A stretch of 32,000 nt of DNA from Horticoccus luteus (GTDB lineage: Bacteria > Verrucomicrobiota > Verrucomicrobiia > Opitutales > Opitutaceae), in the NCBI RefSeq assembly GCF_019464535.1, contig NZ_CP080507.1, positions 3,600,001-3,632,000 on the forward strand. The letters are read 5' to 3'. The position numbers and the translations under genes were made by a program. Of this stretch, positions 25,688 through 32,000 are shown in pieces (positions within the stretch are counted from its first letter, which is position 1; each line of letters begins with the position of its first letter). The notes below the pieces were generated by a model. The model made no database searches. It worked only from the letters and a program-made list of their open reading frames with translations, and had not been told where the DNA came from.

Positions 25688-26785
25688 ATGCCCGAGACCT
25701 TCTACATCGTTCCCGAAACGCAGCACAACGAGCTCGTCGCCGCCGCTTACCAGCACCGCGGCTTCCAAGCCGACGAAGCCGCCGAGGGCGCGCGCTTCTG
25801 CGCCGAGGCCACGCGCCACGGCATCCGCACGCATAACGCCCTCAAGGCGCTCCACCTCGATCACCTCTTCGGCTCCGGCTCGAAAGGCTGCGTGCCCGGC
25901 GCCCAGATCGAAGAAAAGCCCTCGCGTTTCGCCGCCACGAAAGTCTGGAACGCGAATCGCAAGCTCGGCCAGTCCACCGCCTATCGCGCCATGGCCGAAG
26001 CCATCCGCCTCGCCGACCAATTCGGCGTCGGCACCGTCGTCGTCGACAACGCGTTTCACTATCTGTGGGGCGGCGGCTACGTGATGGATGCCGCGCGCAA
26101 GGGCTACCTCGCCTACACCAACTGCACCGCCGCGCTCGCCGAAGTCGTCCCGTTCGGCGGCAAGTTTCCCACGCTCGGCACCAATCCCCACTCGTGGGGC
26201 TTTCCCACGACCGACGCCGTCGGCTTCCCGATCGTCATCGATTGGGCCACCTCCGTCGTCGCGATGGGCCGCGTGCAACAACTCGCCCGCGAAGGCAAAA
26301 TGCTGCCCCTCGATGCCGCCGTCGACGCCAACGGCGCGCCCACCACCGATCCTGCGAAAGCGAAATACCTGCTCCCGTTCGGCGCGCACAAAGGCTACGG
26401 CCTCTCCCTGATCAACGAGATCGTCGCCGGCTACATCGGCGGCTCCCTCCCGACCATCCGCAATCGCTGGAGCCAGGCCGAGGGCGACAAGGGCACGTGC
26501 TGTTTCTTCTTCCAAGTCATCCATCCCGACGCCATCGACGGCGGCGCTTTCGCCAAAGGCCGCAGCCAGAAGGACAACGTGAAAGCCGTCATCCAGGACG
26601 TCCTCGGCCACGGTAACGAAAACTGCATGCTGCCCGGGCAACTCGAGGCTCGCTTCGCCGAACGCACCGCGGCCGCCGGCGGCCTCCTCTTCAGCAAAGC
26701 CGAAGTTGAAGCGTTCAACGAACTCGCCGCCGAGTGCCACCGCCCGCAATGGGATCTCGCCGCCTTCGCCACCACCGTCGTCTGA
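25688..26785 (+). CDS. Ldh_2-family (malate/L-lactate/ureidoglycolate/2,3-diketogulonate-type) NAD(P)H oxidoreductase
   Basis: 365 aa. GIRTHNALKAL...GVGTVVVDNAFHYLWGGGY...LGTNPHSWGFP...FGAHKGYGLSLINEIVAG matches the Ldh_2 fold pattern (H-x-G near the N-terminus, GTNP, G(x)HKG). Confidence 0.85.
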   Translation: MPETFYIVPETQHNELVAAAYQHRGFQADEAAEGARFCAEATRHGIRTHNALKALHLDHLFGSGSKGCVPGAQIEEKPSRFAATKVWNANRKLGQSTAYRAMAEAIRLADQFGVGTVVVDNAFHYLWGGGYVMDAARKGYLAYTNCTAALAEVVPFGGKFPTLGTNPHSWGFPTTDAVGFPIVIDWATSVVAMGRVQQLAREGKMLPLDAAVDANGAPTTDPAKAKYLLPFGAHKGYGLSLINEIVAGYIGGSLPTIRNRWSQAEGDKGTCCFFFQVIHPDAIDGGAFAKGRSQKDNVKAVIQDVLGHGNENCMLPGQLEARFAERTAAAGGLLFSKAEVEAFNELAAECHRPQWDLAAFATTVV

Positions 26786-26843
26786 TCGCACCGGCCCGTT
26801 CTCAGTCGCCTTTTCCTCCCCTCTCCGTCCCTGTCTTTTTGTC

Positions 26844-27941
26844 ATGAGCCTGAACATCAAAACGAAATCCTCCTGCGCGTTTGACCAGCTTTCCCTCGGC
26901 GAAGTCATGCTGCGCCTTGATCCCGGCGAAGGCCGCATCCGCACCGCGCGCGAGTTCAAGGCCTGGGAAGGCGGCGGCGAATACAACACCTCCCGCGGCC
27001 TCCGCAAATGCTTCGGCTACAAAACCGCCGTCTGCACCGCCTTCGTCGACAACGAGGTCGGCCACCTCGTCGAGGATTTCATCATGCAGGGCGGCGTCGC
27101 CACCGATTTCATCAAGTGGCGCGAAGACGACGGCATCGGCCGCACCGTGCGCAACGGCCTCAATTTCACCGAGCGCGGCTTCGGCATCCGCGGCGCCGTC
27201 GGCGTGCCCGACCGCGGCAACACCGCCGCCTCGCAGCTCAAGCCCGGCGACTTCGACTGGGACCACATTTTCGGCCAGCTCGGCGTGCGCTGGTTTCACA
27301 CCGGCGGCATCTTCGCCGCGCTCTCCGAAACCACCGCCGCGCTCACCGTCGAAGCCGTCAAGGCCGCCAACAAACACGGCACCATCGTCAGCTACGATTT
27401 GAACTATCGCCCCTCGCTCTGGAAAACCATCGGCGGCTTGAAGAAAGCCCAGGAGGTCAACCGCGAGATCGCGAAGTATGTCGATGTGATGATTGGCAAC
27501 GAAGAGGACTTCACCGCCTCGCTCGGCTTCGAGGTCAAAGGCGTTGATCACAACATCAGCACGATCGAGATCGATGCCTTCAAGGCCATGATCGAGACCG
27601 CCGTGAAGGAGTTTCCCAACTTCAAAGTCGCCGCCACCACCCTCCGCCGCGTGATCACCGCCACGAAGAACGACTGGTCCGCGATCCTCTGGCACGACGG
27701 CCAGTTTCACGAGAGCCGCAAATATCCCGAACTCGAAATCCTCGACCGCGTCGGCGGCGGCGACTCGTTCGCCTCCGGCGTGCAGTTCGGCTTCATGGAA
27801 TTCAACGACCCGAAGAAGGCCGTGGAATACGGCGCCGCTCACGGCGCTTTCGCATCCACGACGCCGGGCGACACCTCCATGGCCACGCGCAAGGAAATCG
27901 AGAAACAGATCAAGGGCGGCGGCGCCCGCGTCGTCCGCTAA
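26844..27941 (+). CDS. kdgK: 2-dehydro-3-deoxygluconokinase-type PfkB sugar kinase
   Basis: 365 aa from ATG 26844. LSLGEVMLRLDPGEGRIRTAREFKAWEGGGEYNTSRGL is the long-form KdgK N-terminus. DRVGGGDSFASG is the PfkB anion-hole/catalytic motif. The kduI/kduD/uxaC context supports the call. Confidence 0.85.
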   Translation: MSLNIKTKSSCAFDQLSLGEVMLRLDPGEGRIRTAREFKAWEGGGEYNTSRGLRKCFGYKTAVCTAFVDNEVGHLVEDFIMQGGVATDFIKWREDDGIGRTVRNGLNFTERGFGIRGAVGVPDRGNTAASQLKPGDFDWDHIFGQLGVRWFHTGGIFAALSETTAALTVEAVKAANKHGTIVSYDLNYRPSLWKTIGGLKKAQEVNREIAKYVDVMIGNEEDFTASLGFEVKGVDHNISTIEIDAFKAMIETAVKEFPNFKVAATTLRRVITATKNDWSAILWHDGQFHESRKYPELEILDRVGGGDSFASGVQFGFMEFNDPKKAVEYGAAHGAFASTTPGDTSMATRKEIEKQIKGGGARVVR

Positions 27942-27975
27942 GCTTCCGCCTCGGCGCCCGCGCGCCTGACTGTCG

Positions 27976-30249
27976 TTGCACCCCGCCACCCGCTTGCTGC
28001 GCTCCCGAGTCGCCCGCCGCCGGGCGGGCTTCGTGGCGCTCGGGGTGTATGGCGCCGGCGTTTTCGCCTCCATCGTCGCCACGGCGTTCAGCGGCTGCGC
28101 GCCCAAATCGCCCGCGCCATCGCCGCCCGCCGTGGCCGCCGCGGCGCACGGACTCCGCGCGCAAGATTGCCGCGCCTGTCACGAGGATATTTATCGCGCC
28201 TGGTCCAACTCGCATCACGCCCTGGCCAACCGCTCCGTCACCGCCGCGCTCGATCGCGCCGCCTTCGACCCGCCGGCCGAAATCGCGCTCGGCAACGCCC
28301 ACGACTCTCTGGCGTGGGCTGACCACGGCGCCGTGATCCGCGAACGCTATGGCGACGCCCCTGCGCGCGAATACCGCCCGGACATGGTCCTCGGCGTCGC
28401 TCCGCTTCGCCAATACATCGTCCCGCTCGCACGCGGTTTCTGGCAGACCTTCGAACAAGCCTACGATCCCGCGAAAAAGGAATGGTTCAACGTGTTCGGC
28501 GCCGAAAACCGGCAGCCCGGCGAATGGGGCCACTGGACCGGCCGCGGCATGAATTGGAATTCCCGTTGCGCGCACTGCCACATGACCGGTCTGCGCAAAA
28601 ACTACGACATCGCCACCGATACCTACGCCACCACGTGGAGCGAACAGGGCGTCTCCTGCGTGCAATGCCACGGCGCCATGGCCGGCCACGCCGCCACTCC
28701 ACGCGCTCGCTCCGATTCACCTCATCACGACGCGCGCACGATGATGGAAACGTGCGCCGCCTGCCACAGTCGCAACGAACTTCTCATCGGCAACCTCACG
28801 CCCGGCGAACGCTTCGCCGACCACCATCGCCTCGTCCTCCCGGTCGCCCCGGGCGTTTATTATCCCGACGGCCAGACGCAGGACGAAGATTTCGAATACG
28901 GCTCCTTCGTGCGCAGCAAGATGCACCACGCCGGAGTCACGTGCCTCGATTGTCACGATCCCCACACCGGTCAGACCCGGCTCCCCGCCGCCACCAACGC
29001 GCTCTGCCTCCAATGCCATGCCAGCGGCGGTCGTCCCGGCCTCCAGCCCACCGCGCCAATCATCGATCCCGTCGCCCATTCGCATCACGCCACGGGCAGC
29101 CCGGGCAACCTGTGCGTCGAGTGCCACATGCCGCACACGAACTACATGCAGCGCCACGCCCGCCGCGATCATGGTTTCCTTTCGCCCGACCCGCTGCTCA
29201 CGAAAGAGCTCGGCATCCCCAACGCGTGCAACCGTTGCCACACGGATCGCTCCACCGACTGGGCCATCGCCGCGGCGGATCGTTGGTATGGCGCCAAACT
29301 TGATCGCCGCCAGCGGGACCGCGCCCGCGCCGTCGCCGCCGCGCAACAAGGCGACGCCAACGCCGCCGCGCCCTTGCTCGCGCTCCTCGCGGACGAGCCC
29401 ATCCCCTCGTGGCGCGCCACCCTTCTGCTGCTCGCGGGCAACGTCGCCCCGCACGCACCGGCTGTCCTGGCGGCCGCGCACACTGCATTGACCGACGACG
29501 ATCCGGACGTGCGTTCCGCCGCCGTGCAGGTCTCGTCCGCCGACGACACCGCCCGCCGCATGTTGCAACCGCAGTTGCACGATCCGGTCCGTCTCGTGCG
29601 GCTCGATGCGGAAGAAGCGCTCTCGCCCGAGCTCGCGCCCGACTCGCCCGAGCGTCGCGAACTCGATGCCTATCTCGCGCTGAGCCTTGATCAACCCGCC
29701 GGACAGGCGCGCGTCGGGCAGGATCTTCTCCGCCGCGGCCTCAAGGCCGACGGTCTCGCGCACCTGCAACGCGCCGTCGAATGGGATGCCTTTTCGCCCG
29801 CGCTTCGCCGCACGCTCGCGCTCGCCCTGGCCGACGCCGGTGACAACGCCGCGGCCGCCGCGCAATTCGATCGCGCCGCCGCGCTCGCCCCCGCCGATGC
29901 CACCCTCGCCTTCCAAGCCGGCCTCGCGCACGCCGCCGCCTCGGAATGGACCGCGACGGAGGCGTCGTTCCGTGAAGCCGTTCGCCGCGATCCCAAGTTC
30001 GATCGCGCCTGGTATAACCTCGGCTTGCTCCTCGCGCAGACGAACCGCCTGCCCGCGGCCTCGCAGGCGCTCGTGACCGCGACCGAGTTGGTGCCCGCGT
30101 CCGCCGAATACCACTACGCGCTGGCGACGGTGCTCTGGCAACTCCACGACCGCGAAGCCGCGCGGGCGGAGGCGGAAACGACCCTCACGCTGCAACCCGG
30201 CCACTCCGCGGCCGCCGCCCTGCTGCGCGCCCTCGGCGCTTCGCGTTAG
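27976..30249 (+). CDS. Octaheme c-type cytochrome fused to HEAT-like and TPR repeats (possible lipoprotein)
   Basis: 757 aa. Eight CxxCH motifs (CRACH, CAHCH, CVQCH, CAACH, CLDCH, CLQCH, CVECH, CNRCH) lie between nt 28168 and 29241. The C-terminal half has HEAT-like (DDDPDVRSAAVQ, LHDPVRLVRLDA) and TPR-like (AWYNLGLLLAQTNRLPAASQAL, AEYHYALATVLWQL) repeats. The N-terminus has a basic n-region, a hydrophobic core and FSGC. The TTG start at 27976 is uncertain; GTG 28033 is an alternative. Confidence 0.85.
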   Translation: MHPATRLLRSRVARRRAGFVALGVYGAGVFASIVATAFSGCAPKSPAPSPPAVAAAAHGLRAQDCRACHEDIYRAWSNSHHALANRSVTAALDRAAFDPPAEIALGNAHDSLAWADHGAVIRERYGDAPAREYRPDMVLGVAPLRQYIVPLARGFWQTFEQAYDPAKKEWFNVFGAENRQPGEWGHWTGRGMNWNSRCAHCHMTGLRKNYDIATDTYATTWSEQGVSCVQCHGAMAGHAATPRARSDSPHHDARTMMETCAACHSRNELLIGNLTPGERFADHHRLVLPVAPGVYYPDGQTQDEDFEYGSFVRSKMHHAGVTCLDCHDPHTGQTRLPAATNALCLQCHASGGRPGLQPTAPIIDPVAHSHHATGSPGNLCVECHMPHTNYMQRHARRDHGFLSPDPLLTKELGIPNACNRCHTDRSTDWAIAAADRWYGAKLDRRQRDRARAVAAAQQGDANAAAPLLALLADEPIPSWRATLLLLAGNVAPHAPAVLAAAHTALTDDDPDVRSAAVQVSSADDTARRMLQPQLHDPVRLVRLDAEEALSPELAPDSPERRELDAYLALSLDQPAGQARVGQDLLRRGLKADGLAHLQRAVEWDAFSPALRRTLALALADAGDNAAAAAQFDRAAALAPADATLAFQAGLAHAAASEWTATEASFREAVRRDPKFDRAWYNLGLLLAQTNRLPAASQALVTATELVPASAEYHYALATVLWQLHDREAARAEAETTLTLQPGHSAAAALLRALGASR

Positions 30250-30271
30250 CCCGCCGCGGGCGCCGTCACCG

Positions 30272-31117
30272 TCACTTCTTCACGGGCGCAAATTCGATCG
30301 GGATCAGCACGTCGAGTTCGACGAATTGACCGTCTTTGATCGCCGGAGCAAACAGCCAGCCCCGGAGCGCCTCCGCGGCCGCCTGTCCAAATTCCGGAGC
30401 ACTCGCCTCCTGCACTTTCGCGTCCGTAACCACGCCTTCCCGGTCGACATGGCACAACACTTTGGCGGAGCCGGCCTCGCCCGAAGCGCGCAGCGATGCA
30501 GGATAGATGGGCGCTTCCGCGTAAACCGGGACCAGATCGCGCGCTGGCGTGCGCTTCAACGTGAAGGCATCGCGCGTTTCCTTGGCCTTCTTGATCGCGT
30601 CAGGTGTCATGGTCGAATTGATCACCTCGAACGCCCCCGCGAAAAAATGCACGTCCGGGCGGAGCTTCGATTTCTTCGCGTTCTTTCCCGCCACCTGAAT
30701 CGCGAATGCGCCCGGCTTCGTCGGACTGAGGTTGTCCGGCAACGCCGCCACGCGGACGTATTTCGTCGTCCCATCCGTCTCCTTCACCTCGACCGCCACG
30801 AAGCTGCGGGGAATCGCCCGGTCAGGCACGACCGTCCCCGTGATCAGCAACTGCCCTTCTTCCGCCGCTGCTTGGATCTTGTAGGGCTTCACCGTGAAAA
30901 ACGCGTCGTGAAACGTGCTGGCGGGCCTGGTCATGAGCTTCGCCTTCGCGACCGCCGCCCGCGCCTTGCCGCCTTTCACTGCGACAATCGGCGTGTCATC
31001 CTGCTTCACGGCGACCACCGGGTTCGTCGCGAAACCTTCCTTCGCCACGACGATCTCCTGCGCCCGGCCGGCGTGGAGAGTAAGGAGAGAAAAGGAAAGG
31101 AGGAGCAGACGTTTCAT
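30272..31117 (-). CDS. Secreted protein with a C-terminal TonB-C-like (energy-transducer) domain
   Basis: 281 aa with signal peptide MKRLLLLSFSLLTLHAGRAQ. The last ~85 aa (VYAEAPIYPASLRASGEAGSAKVLCHVDREGVVTDAKVQEASAPEFGQAAAEALRGWLFAPAIKDGQFV) fit the TonB_C pattern P-x-YP...G-x-V...V-x-x-x-G-x-V...F-x-PA. The N-terminal ~190 aa are not recognised. Confidence 0.7.
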   Translation of the reverse strand: MKRLLLLSFSLLTLHAGRAQEIVVAKEGFATNPVVAVKQDDTPIVAVKGGKARAAVAKAKLMTRPASTFHDAFFTVKPYKIQAAAEEGQLLITGTVVPDRAIPRSFVAVEVKETDGTTKYVRVAALPDNLSPTKPGAFAIQVAGKNAKKSKLRPDVHFFAGAFEVINSTMTPDAIKKAKETRDAFTLKRTPARDLVPVYAEAPIYPASLRASGEAGSAKVLCHVDREGVVTDAKVQEASAPEFGQAAAEALRGWLFAPAIKDGQFVELDVLIPIEFAPVKK

Positions 31118-31137
31118 GGGGAAAGGGTTGAAGGTTA

Positions 31138-32000
31138 TTAACGCGCTTCGGCGGTTACCACATCTTCGTTGTAAACTTTACCGTCGGTTCCGTAATGACG
31201 AAAAACAGCGCGCGGCTGGCCGTCCACGCGTTCGATGGTGACGTGCAGGAAGCCGCCTTTAATGCGCAAAAAGCGATGCATCGGCGTGCGGTCCGCGAGG
31301 CTGTAGCCGCCTGCATGCGCGTCCGACGTAGGGCCGGTCGAATACTCGCGCAGCCCAGTCGCCGGATCCGCCGAGACGTATTGCCAGTGCCGGTCCCCCG
31401 CGATCACGACCATGTTCTTCTGCGCGGCGAGAAACGCCCGTAACTCCGCGCCTTCGTGCGCGAAGGCCGCATTGGCGTGATTGTCGCCCTTCGCTTCGCG
31501 GTCCGGTCCCACGACCGGCGTCGGCGCAATCAGGATGCGAAACGTGGCATCCGACTCCTGCACGGTCCGGAAAAACCACGCTTTCTGTTCCGGCCCCCAA
31601 ATTGTTTTGTCCGGACCATCAGGCGCCGTATTCGGCGACCGAAACTCCCGGCCCTCCATCATCCACACTTGCAGATCCTTGCCCCACCGGGCGGTCCGGT
31701 AGGTCTTTTCGCCCATGGGCACTTCCTCGCGGAAAATTCTCACTCCGTCCGCAAACGTCAGTTCGCCGTAGGTCTGCCCCGGCCACGCGTCGTCCTTCAA
31801 CGTGTCATGGTCATCCTTCATGAAGTAGCTCGGCACGTGGAGATGAAACGCGCGGATATACGGCATCGCATACATGCGGTCCCACTTGAATCGCGCCAAC
31901 GCCGGCGTCGTCGCCAGCGGCGTCGGCTTGTCGTAATACTCACAGTCGCCCGTGTGCACGAAAAAGTTCGGGTGCAACTCCGCCATCAACCGGTAGGTCT
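31138..32000 (-). CDS. PhoD-like metallophosphatase (alkaline phosphatase D family); the N-terminus lies outside the window
   Basis: FFVHTGDCEYYD, MKDDHDTLKDDAWPG, VIAGDRHWQY and GPTSDAHAGG are calcineurin-like/PhoD metal-binding motifs. The reading frame stays open past the ORF-track start (31989) to the window edge, so the gene is 5'-truncated here. Confidence 0.8.
   Translation of the reverse strand, partial: TYRLMAELHPNFFVHTGDCEYYDKPTPLATTPALARFKWDRMYAMPYIRAFHLHVPSYFMKDDHDTLKDDAWPGQTYGELTFADGVRIFREEVPMGEKTYRTARWGKDLQVWMMEGREFRSPNTAPDGPDKTIWGPEQKAWFFRTVQESDATFRILIAPTPVVGPDREAKGDNHANAAFAHEGAELRAFLAAQKNMVVIAGDRHWQYVSADPATGLREYSTGPTSDAHAGGYSLADRTPMHRFLRIKGGFLHVTIERVDGQPRAVFRHYGTDGKVYNEDVVTAEAR

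Noticed and set aside
30249-30261. A small hairpin GCCCG-CCG-CGGGC lies between the convergent cytochrome and TonB-C genes.
   Set aside because: It has a 5-bp stem and a 3-nt loop, overlaps the stop codon and has no U-tract. Such a structure could easily arise by chance in GC-rich DNA.
1-32000. I searched for CRISPR arrays, tRNA/rRNA genes, transposases or integrases, prophage or defence-system genes, toxin-antitoxin pairs, and compositional islands.
   Set aside because: I saw no regularly spaced repeats, cloverleaf-like or rRNA-like segments, recombinase motifs, or nuclease/ATPase defence-type domains in any credible ORF. Composition looks uniform apart from the ~60-bp AT-rich promoter patch at 3700-3760. 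This was a by-eye survey, so short or degenerate elements could have been missed.

Overview
The window is visibly GC-rich (no exact value computed), densely coding bacterial chromosome. I found no rRNA, tRNA, CRISPR array, transposase or integrase. Protein families and domain architectures (DUF4838, DUF4861, thrombospondin-type-3 Asp repeats, multiheme-TPR fusions, leaders without a Shine-Dalgarno sequence) suggest a Verrucomicrobiota/Opitutales-like or related PVC organism; this is a low-confidence inference.

Layout:
(a) 1-927: two tandem charged coiled-coil proteins, followed by a clear intrinsic terminator.
(b) 996-8951: a divergently organised catabolic cluster. The minus strand carries a ceramidase-like amidohydrolase and an FGGY sugar kinase. 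The plus strand carries DeoR and AraC regulators, a class-III aminotransferase, a DhnA/LacD-type class I aldolase and a NagB-like deaminase/isomerase.
(c) 9026-10141: a GH105 unsaturated rhamnogalacturonyl hydrolase.
(d) 10585-13145: a secreted hypothetical protein, an amidohydrolase and a VOC-fold protein.
(e) 13327-27941: a roughly 14.6-kb co-directional pectin/hexuronate utilisation locus containing a DUF4838-CBM-TSP3 giant protein, kduI, kduD, DUF4861, GH28, a TonB-dependent receptor, uxaC, two unusual oxidoreductases and kdgK.
(f) 27976-30249: an octaheme c-type cytochrome fused to HEAT/TPR repeats.
(g) 30272-32000: a secreted TonB-C-domain protein and a partial PhoD-like phosphatase.

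Most of the window is ordinary carbohydrate catabolism. The items most worth a second look are the non-canonical amino-compound cluster (996-8951), the octaheme-TPR protein, the multidomain DUF4838 protein, and the two oxidoreductases that sit where the canonical hexuronate reductases and dehydratases would be expected. All family assignments come from reading motifs in the translated ORFs. No database search was run.
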